Assembly (NCBI GenBank): GCA_000002445.1
Contig: CP000071.1
Span: 608,001 to 672,000, forward strand
Length of the DNA: 64,000 nt
Origin: Trypanosoma brucei
Lineage: Eukaryota
Direction: 5' to 3'
The notes under the pieces: generated by a model
The model's input: only the letters and a program-made list of their open reading frames with translations
The model's database searches: none
What the model was told of the DNA's origin: nothing
Shown here: piece by piece, positions 30,309 to 42,200 of the stretch
Layout of the letters: each line of letters begins with the position of its first letter
How positions within the stretch are numbered: position 1 is the stretch's first letter
Translations under genes and position numbers: made by a program

Positions 30309-30853
30309 GTCATTCAAGGCTGCGTCAGTTTCGGATCTCGCTGCGGTACCGCTTACCGCGATATCACTGTTTCGGGAGTGGTGTCGTATTATTTTTTTTT
30401 GTTACCGTTCTTGGACTTCGTGGTTCTTATTTTGCTCAGGTCTTACTTCCTTTCGTTTAGTGATCCGCGACTTCTTACTCCAGTAGCTACATCTTGTTAT
30501 TGGATCCATGCACGTTTACTCCCACATTTGCACAGGTTCTTACTCTTTCCCATTGTCTCCCTTCGTCCATCAAATTCAACTTTTTGTTAAACACCGGATA
30601 CTCTTCTGCTTTACTACCCACCTGCAATTATCATTCGATCCTCAAAATAGCCACGTAGTGATAAAACATTATTTATCAGTTTTCAGGTTGTGGAGGATTC
30701 AAGAGGAAATATTTAAGCACAAGGGACGGTGGAGAGAAGAAAGGTATAGCAATAGCATAGAGTAGGGTCATATACTCATATATTTCGCCAGGGAGAAACT
30801 AAGGGGAGGCCTGTAAAAGATATACAAGGGACACATCTTGAAAGGGGCTGCAA

Positions 30854-32119
30854 ATGGCCGATTCAAATGCTGTCGTGGAACACCGGGAGGAGTCTGATGT
30901 AAACATCCAACTTGAGCAACGGAGAAGTCAGGTGCGGGGCCTCGAGATCCAACTGACGAGAAAGGAGGCCGAGCTCCGCCGCGCAAAGGAAGAACAGGCG
31001 CTTCTGAAGGAGCTTCACGCGGTGAATGAGGTGACGCTTCGCAAGAAGCAGCAGAAGGAGTCCGATGGCGCTGGAAGTCGTCTCAAGATCCCTCGGGAGT
31101 CGTTGGATGAAATTCTTCGCCTCGAAGGTGAAATTAAATGTGCGAACAGGCGCACCGTTGAGCTGCAAAATGAGGCCAGCACAACGTCCGTCCAGCTGAA
31201 CGATGTGGAAAAAGGAATTGAAAGCATATGTAACCGTACAGCCCTGGTGAAGCAGGTAACCGGGTGGATAAGTTCCGGCAGTCAATCAAGCAGTGTAGTT
31301 GGAGTGTCGAGCGAGTGGATAATGAGAAAAAAGGTTTTGACGGAGCTTCAGGATGAACAGAACGCCATTAAGGCATTGACAGCGCTATTGGACAAGCAGG
31401 CTGAATTTTACACAAAGCGGCTGGAAGAACAGAGGACCAAGGACGAGGAATTCGCCGAGGCACAGCGCGTCCTTCGTGAGAAAACTGTTCAGTACGAAAA
31501 TCTGCTGGGTGAACTGAAGTCTTTCGAACGCCTTACGAAGAAGAAGGAGCGCCTTCTCGATACCGCTAGTGGGAAGGTGACCGATGATTACAAGACCGTT
31601 AAGATGATTGAGGGAGACAAAAAAGTTTTGTACGCCAACTTGTCCAAACTTCAGGAGGCAAATGTAAGGAACTCAAAGTCAATCCTCTCCCTTGAGATGC
31701 GTCTACGACAGCTGGAGACCAAACTCGAGGCAGTAAACCTCTTCCTGCAGCAGGTGTTCGCGGACGTTGAAGAAGAGGACGAGCACATCGAAAATATACC
31801 TGAGGGTGCCACTGAGGTACCACTTGAGCAGTTCGAGGAACTTTGCCGGGAGCTAGAACTCTCTCGTGCCACGCTTCTTCATCGTGAAGAGCAACTCAAT
31901 GCCGGTGACGCGAAGGTTGAGCAACTAGAGCGGAAGACCACAATTCTCGAAAATGCCATCGCTTCTCACGCTGTATCAGCTCAACTTCAGGTGAAGGGTA
32001 AAGAGAGAGAGTTCGAGACGTTAATGTCACATGTGGATTATATGAAGGCGGAGTTTGATGAAGAATATAAAAGGCTTACGAAGGAAAACGCTGCACTTGT
32101 AAGTAAGTTGGGTAAGTAG
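30854..32119 (+). CDS. Coiled-coil protein (421 aa), hypothetical
   Basis: Heptad-rich, E/K/L/Q-dominated sequence throughout (LEIQLTRKEAELRRAKEEQALLKELHAVNEV...). No enzymatic motifs. Confidence 0.55.
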   Translation: MADSNAVVEHREESDVNIQLEQRRSQVRGLEIQLTRKEAELRRAKEEQALLKELHAVNEVTLRKKQQKESDGAGSRLKIPRESLDEILRLEGEIKCANRRTVELQNEASTTSVQLNDVEKGIESICNRTALVKQVTGWISSGSQSSSVVGVSSEWIMRKKVLTELQDEQNAIKALTALLDKQAEFYTKRLEEQRTKDEEFAEAQRVLREKTVQYENLLGELKSFERLTKKKERLLDTASGKVTDDYKTVKMIEGDKKVLYANLSKLQEANVRNSKSILSLEMRLRQLETKLEAVNLFLQQVFADVEEEDEHIENIPEGATEVPLEQFEELCRELELSRATLLHREEQLNAGDAKVEQLERKTTILENAIASHAVSAQLQVKGKEREFETLMSHVDYMKAEFDEEYKRLTKENAALVSKLGK

Positions 32120-32604
32120 TGTAACTGTGCGCTCACCCTTCCCGTTTACTCTTTCGTATATTACTGTTATCGCACCTCTTGAACCAGTGAAATGTGACCG
32201 CAACTTGAGGGGGGAGAGAGTAAAGTAGTGAGTAAAAGGAAGAGATCAATTAGATGTGAACAGACTCACGCTGCCCAGCAGCCGCTGCTGGACACGTATT
32301 ACTTCAGAGGGTGTAAAAAGTATTTTTATTTTTGTATGTGTAACCCCTTTGGTGTTTACCTTTTTTTTTAAAAAATGCTGCCCTCCTCGGCATTGCACTT
32401 CCGTTCGGATGCCACTCTTTTGTCGGTTCCTGTTGTCCAGTAGCCTTTTATCCCCCCCTTTCAGCATCATTTTTTTCTCCCACACGTTGTTATACGGTTG
32501 AATTTGTATTACTTCTCGATCACATGGACTCTGAATATGTCTTCCCTTCTCAATAACTTCTCTTTGCATGCCTTTACCCCCAATATCTGTAGTACGTCCC
32601 GGCG

Positions 32605-33360
32605 ATGGCGGCTCTCCACGAGGAAGTGCGGACTCGCTACCACATCGCTGTGTGCACGCGGTTTGTTGAACGAGTTTGCGTAGATACCCCTAGTCCTACA
32701 GCGGAGTTTATTTACAAGATGGCTCTTAACGAAAACCTGAAGGATATTACGGATGTATGCACACTTCCTCGTGTGTCTCTTTTGCAGCTTAACTCTCTAC
32801 CCTGCTCTTTAGTGTTGCAGGTGAGCAGTTCCAGGGACGTGACTCAGCCGCTGCGGCCCTGTTTGGATGCAAGCGAGGAGGAACCGATCTTGACAGCAGC
32901 TTTTCAAAAAAACCTCAAAACACGTCTTCTGCGGCTTGTTCTAAGTGATGGGCACTCTGAGGTACCCGCTGTTGAGTTGTCTACGCTCAGCGTGTTTCGT
33001 TCCATACCAGTTCCCGGGGAAAAGCTACTCGTAAAGGAAGGTGCCGAAATAAAAAATGGTGCTATTATAATGACAGACGATTGTGTTGTGCCCCTCGGTG
33101 GTGGGGTACAACAACTGAAAAAGGAGGTACTCATCCAACAGAGCAGAAGCGACGCGCCACGATTCCAACCCCTGCGGTTTGGTGTTTCCACACCAGCAGG
33201 GGCCCGTGCGGCAGCTGGGCCACTCTCCGATTCTTTCGATAGGGATCGTGGGGGAAATGTTGGGCGTGCGAGGGGAAGAGGATTAGGCTACCGCGGGGGA
33301 AGGGGGTCAGGGTATCGGGGCCAACGACCTCATAACCACCACTATAACCGACCTCAGTAG
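32605..33360 (+). CDS. Hypothetical protein with a C-terminal RGG/RG repeat tail (putative nucleic-acid binding) and an N-terminal domain of possible OB-fold/DUF1767-like type
   Basis: C-terminus DRDRGGNVGRARGRGLGYRGGRGSGYRGQRPHNHHYNRPQ. The N-terminal 170 aa are a globular region. Domain assignment is tentative. Confidence 0.45.
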   Translation: MAALHEEVRTRYHIAVCTRFVERVCVDTPSPTAEFIYKMALNENLKDITDVCTLPRVSLLQLNSLPCSLVLQVSSSRDVTQPLRPCLDASEEEPILTAAFQKNLKTRLLRLVLSDGHSEVPAVELSTLSVFRSIPVPGEKLLVKEGAEIKNGAIIMTDDCVVPLGGGVQQLKKEVLIQQSRSDAPRFQPLRFGVSTPAGARAAAGPLSDSFDRDRGGNVGRARGRGLGYRGGRGSGYRGQRPHNHHYNRPQ

Positions 33361-34644
33361 TGATCACCAAACTAATTGAATGCATGATTGCATTTGCGGT
33401 TACCGTGGTGATGCTTGACCTCTATCTGGGAAATGGCGTGTTCGTGAAGGAGACTTTGTCTAGAAACGGATGTGTCGTTCTAAAGAAGGGGAAGGGGGAC
33501 GACCGGCCACATTGCTATGTCTGGGCAGTATCCCCACTGCGGCACTGCGGCAGCCCAGTCCTTGCCATTTTGCATGTTGTTCTTCTCACACATACTTCTG
33601 ACCGTGGCCGAACTGAGGTGGAGGAAGCCACTGGGGCATTTATTGAAGTAGCTGGATTATCCGTTACGTGGTGCTCATCGTCGCTAGATGGAACACAGTA
33701 GCGAAGGTGAAATAATTTGATTCTGAGGGCAAAAGGTTACCCTCGTTACCCTTTGTTTCCGGTTTGGACGTTCTGCGCTTGTTCTCCTCGGTACCCGAAC
33801 TGTAAGAAGCTTTCAAGGGGCTCGCTGCCTTGGAGGAACACAAAACCCGGCAACTAAAGCCTCCCCAGTGTGCGGCGCTTTTGATGGAGAACTGTCAGAT
33901 TATCGATGCGGTCGCTTGACTTCACCATTGTTTGTGGAGGTGTGGGGGTGATGGGCCAATTAAGTCGGTTGGCCGCGCAGCATTACACTACGTTCGCTTA
34001 CAGAAGTGCGACACATACGGGGTGTCGCGCAAGCGTTAGCACATCCATTGAGGTTGTTGGTGTAATGCGTGTATGCTCCTTTCTTGGGTGTATTGCCCCC
34101 AAGTGTTGAGACATGTAGTTTTGTATGACCAAACGCTTACGCATTGGAGGGAGGGGGTGCGACATGTTCTGTGCGATAAGTGGAACGGAGACCGAATAGA
34201 GCCTGGTGCGATGCGTGATCGATGGGATAGTTCTGGTTCTTTCTTTCCCCGATCATACAGTCATCCTGCGGTGGGCAGCAGAGCCAACATGAAGGTTACG
34301 CTCGGACTAGCCCCCTGATGGTATCACCATCTGAACTGTTCCCCAGTCTTTTGGTATGCTTTCCTTTCCTTGCAAGCGCTTTTGCGTTTGCTGCTGTAAC
34401 TGCATACTTTTGTTCGCGTGGGTGATACACACCACATAATTGTTGCCAGCACTCTGTCTTTATCTTCTGTTTGCCCAAGTCGGTGAGCTAAGTGAGGCAA
34501 TTTGTTGCAGGTAAAGTGACAAAAAGGCAAGCAGAAGGGTAGGTGTCTAATAAGGTGAGGTAATTCTAAAATTGGGTTGGGAAGGCTTTATAGGACGAAC
34601 GGGCTAAATAAATACCAACTGAACGGCCGTTTTGTTCCCCCGGA

Positions 34645-35754
34645 ATGAGGGCCGTCATTCTTGTTGGAGGATATGGCACCAGGCTGCGGCCGCTAACCCT
34701 TACCACACCGAAGCCCTTGGTACCATTCTGTAACAAATCCATAACCCTCCGGCAACTGGAAGCACTCCGTGACGTTGGCGTTACACAGGTGGTGTTAGCG
34801 GTGGCTTATCGGTCAGAGGTGATGGCGGAAGTTACCCAGAAATGGGCACGAGAGCTCGGCATTTCCGTCGTATGTTCCCTGGAGGTGGAGCCACTTGGCA
34901 CCGCTGGGCCGCTGGCTCTTGCTCGGGAGTACCTTTTGCAGGACGACAAACCGTTCTTCGTCTTCAACGCCGATGTTATCTGCACTTTTCCGCTTCAGAA
35001 GCTTCTCGATTTCCATCTGAGTCACGGGAGGGAAGGAACCATTGCGGTGACGAAGGTGAAGGATTGGAGAAAATATGGGGTCGTGGTGCACGACGAGGTC
35101 ACGGGTGCAATCAAGCAATTTGTGGAGAAGCCCCCCGAGTTCGTTGGAGACAGGATAAACGCCGGCATATACATATTTAACAAAAGCATCCTTAACCGCA
35201 TCAAGCTAGAGAAGACGTCCATCGAGCGACAAGTGTTTCCAATGATGGCAAGCGATTCACAACTAAGTGCTTTTCACCTTGAGGGGTTTTGGATGGATAT
35301 CGGTGTGCCAAAGGACTACATAGAAGGTATGGGTAAGTATCTTGATTCACTTGCTGGTACGTCGACCGAAGTGGGGTTCAGCTGTGATGAGCGCAGGGTA
35401 TCCGATCGGAGCTACGTGCTCAAGGGCTGTGTGATGATTCACCCCACGGCGAAAATTGGTGAGGGATCCGTTATCGGTCCGCACGTTTCGATCGGACCAG
35501 GTTGCGTCATTGGGCCCTGCTGCCGCATCCAGCGTACCGCCATACTGGATAACAGCACTGTTGGTCGCGGGACTCTAATAGAGTCCAGCATCGTGGGATG
35601 GAATGGAAGGATTGGTTCGTGGTGCAGGATAGTCAACGATACGGTACTTGGTGAGGATGTCCGTGTGGATGATGGAAAGTACCTGAATGGTGTTAAAGTG
35701 CTTCCAAACAAGGAAATTACCCAAAATCACCCCGAACCAGAAGTGGTCATGTAA
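34645..35754 (+). CDS. GDP-mannose pyrophosphorylase (mannose-1-phosphate guanylyltransferase)
   Basis: N-terminal nucleotidyltransferase motif MRAVILVGGYGTRLRPLTLTTPKPLVPFCNK and a C-terminal left-handed beta-helix with hexapeptide repeats (IGEGSVIGPHVSIGPGCVIGPCCRI). 369 aa is typical for GMPP. Confidence 0.9.
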   Translation: MRAVILVGGYGTRLRPLTLTTPKPLVPFCNKSITLRQLEALRDVGVTQVVLAVAYRSEVMAEVTQKWARELGISVVCSLEVEPLGTAGPLALAREYLLQDDKPFFVFNADVICTFPLQKLLDFHLSHGREGTIAVTKVKDWRKYGVVVHDEVTGAIKQFVEKPPEFVGDRINAGIYIFNKSILNRIKLEKTSIERQVFPMMASDSQLSAFHLEGFWMDIGVPKDYIEGMGKYLDSLAGTSTEVGFSCDERRVSDRSYVLKGCVMIHPTAKIGEGSVIGPHVSIGPGCVIGPCCRIQRTAILDNSTVGRGTLIESSIVGWNGRIGSWCRIVNDTVLGEDVRVDDGKYLNGVKVLPNKEITQNHPEPEVVM

Positions 35755-36202
35755 GGGCAGTGCGTGGAAAGTGGTACTTGCCTTTTCGAAAAGCTCCCTG
35801 AAGGCAAAGTTGTCTCTGGATTAACACAAAAGACGACGCCGAAAATATTTACGTCTACTGCGCATCTTCTACATAGACTGTCACCCAATATTTTGGCTTT
35901 CCGTGAGAAGTGCTACCTGAGACGACCCCCGCTGATCGTTTGGAAGCGGTTTCGGCTTTTACCCCTCCATTTCATAACATCCATTTCGTTGTCGGGGGTT
36001 TTATCTTCCATCTTCTTCTTGTCCTCCCGAGCAATCCTTATTTCGGCCGTGAAAGAACGCTCTTCCAAAAAGAGAGGGTCTTCATGGAACGTTTCAGAAC
36101 TCTGGCTCGCCTAACACAAGTTTCTCCGTTAAATATTTACTTTCTATCTGTGCTGTTTAGTAGGTACCACCAACTATTATTTCGTCAAGTGCAGACGGAA
36201 GC

Positions 36203-39200
36203 GTGGGTGGTGGCGAAGGTGCCACCCCGCTTCTCTATCAGCTTCATGAGGTGTTGCAGGAAAAACAAGCAGACCGCCGTCTTCAGCTTCTTTGCTTGTT
36301 TCTGGAACATTTCCTGGCTGAGTGCCCAAATGCCGGCGCCGCGCCATTCAAAAAATACTTTGGCACAGGAGCCACGCTTATCGAGTCGCTTGTTTGTTTG
36401 GTTACGTCGCTTATCGAGTCTGTTCTCTTCGGCGCACATGTGCGTGAGGGTGTCACCATGCTGGCGGAGAGTCCTGGTTTCGCAAAGGCCCTTTCTACAC
36501 TGACACTCCTAGGAACGGAAAGTTTCTACAGCACAACTTTGGAATGGAGAAAGCGCGTTACGGATATTATTCACATGACCTCCGATGAACAACTTCCAGC
36601 ACTACTTATGAGGGTATACGATGTACTCTTGCAAGTGTTGCTTGATGACGGAAGGAAGCAGCCGAACTACCTGGAGCTTGCTTCAACAGCTGTTGCTGTA
36701 ATGTGCTTCGTTCATCGGCTGTTCCTACACTACAGGGAAGAACGGCTGTTGTTGGATGAGTATCGCCGCTGGGTATTTCTCCGCGCAGTTGTTCGTACTT
36801 TTGAGTTCACGCTTTCTAATCACTTCGAAGGAAGTGCAGCACTATCAGATGCATCTCGGGGGGTTATTGCTTTGATGTTTTTACCAGATGCAGATTTGAG
36901 CAGACTTTCAGTGGGCGAAGCTGAGTTCAGCGCGGAGGACGCATCTTTTCAACGGGCGCTTCATTTGGCCCATTCGTTTATGCCCTCTGCGAAAGATTTA
37001 GGTGCGTTTTTGGAATGTTTGGTGTGTTGTATCGAAAGTTTGCTAAGCGTTCGTAGTGTCTTGGGCCACCCGGAAGTGGAAACTACAGACTTCGGGGTTG
37101 TGTTTTCAGTTCTTTTCCCTCTTCAAAGTGCTATGGCTCAGCGCTATGAACACGCAGAGAGGCTGTTTCGGTCTATTTGTTCAATAGCTTCCGCGATACG
37201 CGGGCCGCCTTCGGCCACAACATCGTCGGGAACTGCGAAAGGTGTGGCTAATTTCTTCTCTGCAGTCTTCACACCGTCACAGGTTAACACGATACAGCGG
37301 TTTGTAAGCTCCGTTGGTGCATCTGGATCACCGAAGCGTAGTCCTATCACATGTCGCGAGGCTGTGGAATGCGTAACGAGCTTTTTCGTTTGCGCAACCG
37401 AAGAAATGGCTATAGAGGCATGTGCTCGCCCTCTGTTTGACTTGGTTTGTCTTGATGATGTGGAGGAGGAGCTGGTCCGCTTTGTGCTCTATTCATGCAC
37501 CGAAAATCTCCTATTACTCAAACCGTGTCAACTACAACGTGTAACGCAGTTGCTGCTCACCGCCGTAAAGCGCGGCATTGCCATCTCAGAGACCGTTTCC
37601 TCGGTTGCAGCAGTGCTAAGGAAGGAATCCAAAGCGGTGGTTGAGGTGAAGATTTTTGTGCTAGAGTTTCTTAGCTTTTATTCAACGGCAGTAAGTCATG
37701 CATCTGAGGTAGAAACACTGCATAGCGTCTTCAAGTGGACGCTTGAGGAGGTGACATCGATAAGCGACTGGGTCCAACCGCAGGCAGTTTCATATCTGGC
37801 AGCGGTGACGCAATTCGTGAGATCGGCACTCGCATCCGCACCGTTGGTAGCACTACTGGCAAGGCTTGAATGGCCCCACGAGGTGCTGCTTCTGCTGTTG
37901 CGTGCTCATGGTGATGGTGTAAGGGAAGTAGCAGTCACATTTCGGAATCTCTTTTGTTCAATGGTATTCAACGAGGGGCAGTTTGTGGATGTTCTTATTA
38001 GCGAATTGAGGGCAATGGGCGGCCAGAGCCCCTGGCCTTCACAAATTTCCATCCTGTTGTGTGTATTCGTGTACCTGCTGCAGGATAAACGGGGTGCATG
38101 GGCTGCGATAAGAAGTAACGACATCTACGTGTGCCTTTACCTGCTTCACTACCTGGACCAAAGTACCTGCATTGAGGAGGATGCGCATCTTATTGGAACA
38201 TCGTTGGCATTGTTGTTGTCGCACCTGCGGTGGAGTGAAGCTGGAGGAATTGTCGCACACTATGTTGATGCTGTCAGAACCCCTTGGATGGTCCAACTTC
38301 TGGTTGATCTTGCCACAGGGTTTTACACCACCACAAAAAACTTGATTGCTGCCGATGCTATGCGTGTAGAAACTGTAAAAACGATGACGCCGGGCAGTCG
38401 ACTGTGCTGTGAAGTAGTGGGGGGGTTTTCCATACCTTTGTCCTGCCGCTTCGAGCACACCTTTCCTTTTGGTGTGCTTCTTCGTTGGATAGTGGAACCA
38501 GGAAATCAATCCGGCGATTGGCAGAAAAACTTGATGGAGCTCCTATCTGGCATGCTCCACCGCCGCTGCCTACCTCTCGTTGACGACGCGTTCACCTCTA
38601 CGGTGGTGAAACAAAAACTTTATGAGCTGCTTCCATACGTGGCCGATGTTTCGAGAAGGGATGTGCTCGCATTGCTTTCGTCTTCGAAGGAGTATCTAAC
38701 ACTTGAAGATGTCTCGAACGCTCAAGCCATCTGGGAGAGACTAGCATACGGTAGAATCGGGGAAGGTTTGCAGCATGAATTCCACGATTATATCACATGG
38801 TACGGAAACGGCGCATTGCATGGGGTGCTGCGGGGTGTGCAAAAGGGTTGTTCTCTCAACGACCGCTTCACGACGGCTGTGTGGGTGTATTGGGAATCAT
38901 GCATAGGGACGGATACGGGTTCGATGATTCAGCTTTGGGAGTTGCTCTGGCCGGGCGCTGAGGGCTCTACGAAAGTGTCATTGTCGGTTGACACGATGCA
39001 AAGAAAGGTCATTTTTGCAGTTTCCCCGGCGGACGAAGCGCAACAAGTTGTCACCCTTCCCTTCATTCCGCCAGGCCAGTGGATGCACGTAGTAGTGAGC
39101 TTTTTATGCAACCGATTATTTTCCTCCACTGTGACGGCGTTCTACGATGGAGTTCGCACCCTTCAGACCGATATAACCGTACCTGGGTCCCACACATTCC

Positions 39201-42200
39201 TTCCGTACCCTGGAGGCCCCTCATTTATGGCAAGGATTCTCTCTGAAAGCACCTATGATTTCACTTGCACCGTGGGGTTTTCACACGAAGGGAGCTCTGA
39301 GGGCTGCATGCAGCGTTTTGTGTCGTTTCAGCTGTTTAATGCAGCTTTATCACAATTGGAAGTAATGTCGCTTTTTTGTGTGGACCCGTATTCGCTCACA
39401 GGTCTGAGGGCTGCGAAGAGGTGCCCGCTGGAGTTGCCGCTGCTGAGACCAGAGGCGCTGCGGTACTTAGTTGCTAGCGCTGCCCATGGGGAGCTTCAAG
39501 AACTTACTAGCTCAAGAGCGCTTAATTTCGCTCCGTTTCCTGCAGAATTCCTGATATTATCATTACATGTGCAGAACGCGGAGTTGGTCGAGTGCTCCCA
39601 GTTACAGTCCCTCCACAATAAGAGGTGGGTGGTCCCTGACTCTGCGGGGAGAAATGGAGTGACGAACTTTTTATTACACGGCTCACACAGCGAGCCCGTG
39701 GCTACGGGTGGAAACATAACCAAGGTGCTTATCTCACATAACGTCCCCTGCGAGTGGCTGCGCTGGCTTTGTGTAATCTCCTGTGCATACGATGAGGTTA
39801 CAATGCCTAACACAAAAAACGTGCTTGATAGTGCTGACGCGAAGATGGCTGTTCTGCAGAGAATAGCAGCAACGACACTGAGAATAATTGCCACGTATTA
39901 TTGGAAGGCGGAGGAGGTAAGTGACGGCAATGTGGCAATATTCATCAATTATGTAACTCTGCAAGTGAAGCAACGGCCACAGGTTTATCTGGCTACTACG
40001 GACGGGGTGGACGCAGTTTTTGGTCTTGGTGCAGCGAAGGAATCCACAGGTGAGCACTGCGTCGTGTATAACACAGTACCGGTTGAGGACGTCTTTTTTA
40101 ACTGGAAAGTTACTTCGTTTCTCCCGGAGCAGTGTCAACAACGTATTTTGTTTCATCTTACTGCACTCCTACAAAAGAGCAACCCGTTTAGGGCGGTAAA
40201 TGCCTTACGTTTGCAACATTCCAGTTTTTTTGACGGTTTCATATGCGGACTTGTGAGGGAGTATGTATGGCCCCCGGTACTAGAATCCGCTGTTGCTGTC
40301 ATTGCGCTGTACATTGAGTGCATCGCAGGCGATGCTGTTGCGCTCCGGGAGGTTCTCAACTTATGTGCGTCTATAGTTCCCGTGGAGCGTGATGTGCTAA
40401 CCGTTGCCAAGCGCCTTGTGTCCAAGATACCACTGGTAGCATTCGAGTGCATAGTTGTTGTTGTGCTCAACCACCTGCTGAAAGTGCTCTGTGGCGCTTG
40501 TGTCAGTCTCCACAATGAGGGACTAATGTTTGCTGAGGCCCTGTCGCACGCAATGCCGCAGTGCTGGTTTCACATTTTGACGAGTGAGTGGGCACATCCA
40601 GTTTCCGTAACCATGGCGATGCACCTCTTTACTCTTTGTTACAAACGGAGTGAAACGTTTAGAAGACGCTTCGGAGACGTCATCCCTTTATTGTACGAAA
40701 ACTTGCGTCACCACGCACACCAGAGTGACCTGTTGATTGTCCTAATCAGTGGCTTCTGGGGGAGCGACTGGGACCAACAGAAACCTCCATATGCTTTGCT
40801 AAACCAATTGTATACCACTTCTGAAGGGACAGTGCCGTCCTTCTTGCAACTTGCTATGCATCTGCTTGGTAGGAGTGCTTCGTTGTTGCTGCGACCTGAC
40901 GCGGCGGTGAATTACCCTCACATCACATGCGCTTCATTCTACGCTGCGATGGGCGCAGCTGCCACCGCTGAACATTGTAGGGCACGGTCACAACTAAGGT
41001 GCTACATCTCTGTGGTTGTGTTCTGCGCACGGCTGCGTCGGGGACAGAAGATACCCGACGACGGCGCGAATAGAATTTCGTTCACAAAGAGGGAATCGGC
41101 TGATCACGGGGAGATGAGGCGGACTGTAGTTGCCATTTTGCAGTGGGTTGCGCGCAGATACCCGAGCGACCGCCGCGTCTCGAAGGCTATGTACGTTTCA
41201 CAAAAATCATACAACCCAATGGATATGGCGCTGCTTTGTCTGTTTCCCGCATTGCCTATGGACAAGGATGTGGGGAGCGTTGGGAATATGCCGTTGCCTC
41301 TTCTTGACGTGGTAGAGGGTTTAGGAACCACTGTTGGGCATCGAGATATTTTTGATGGAGGCTACTCTGGCACAGGCGGCTTTGACTTCGATGACTGTGA
41401 CGACGAGAGGGAGGAACTAGTCTGTGATGCGCGGGGCCCTAATACCTCACCGGCTACCGAGGCACGGGACTGTGATTTCGATGCTCTACTGCATCAACCA
41501 GAAAGTGAGCTGTACAATGCTTGTCGTGCGCTATTTGTTGCGCACATCAAGCGATACGCACGTAGTGCCAAATGTCAGCCCTTCGTGACGGGTAGGAAGT
41601 CGGTGCGTTCTCCGCCAAAACTCGTGCTCGCGCTGCAACGGGCGCTTGCTCTCTGCCCAAGCGGCATAGGACTCAGGGCAAGATATATGTTCTGTGTGGC
41701 GGTTTGTTGTTTTTGTCTTAAGGCTCTAACGGATATGCTTCGTGAGGAGCAACCTGGTGAGACCGGCCAGTGCGTCCTTGACAACATGGTAGCCACGGGG
41801 AAGTACCTTGCTGATCGGTTGGTAAGCGGGGCCGCTACCCCCACAATGGCGGTGACGAAGTTTTTGCAGCACTTACTCAAGTTACATCTTAACACCGAGC
41901 AAGTCAAAGATTTGTGTGAATCTCTTTCTGAGTGCTTACTTCTTTTAATGGACTCAGTAAGCTGCGGGAGAGATGCTCGGTCCGCAGCATCGGTGATTGA
42001 TTCTCTGCACGACGAGCACATTGGTGTCTTCGGCTACCGGATTCCGTCTGAAGAGCTTCTTCGGTTGACCACGCATAGGTTGTTAGATATTTCAGAGGTG
42101 TTATTAGCCTCAGACGTGGACAGGCATTCCGTTAATATGGAAAAGTTGGTTGGTTTGTGGCGCACATTTTTGGTTGCCAACAGGGAGGTCCCCTTCTTTC

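Noticed and set aside
33360-33701. 113-aa plus-strand ORF just after the RGG-protein gene
   Set aside because: It starts at the stop codon of the upstream gene, probably within its 3'UTR. There are no motifs and confidence is too low to call.
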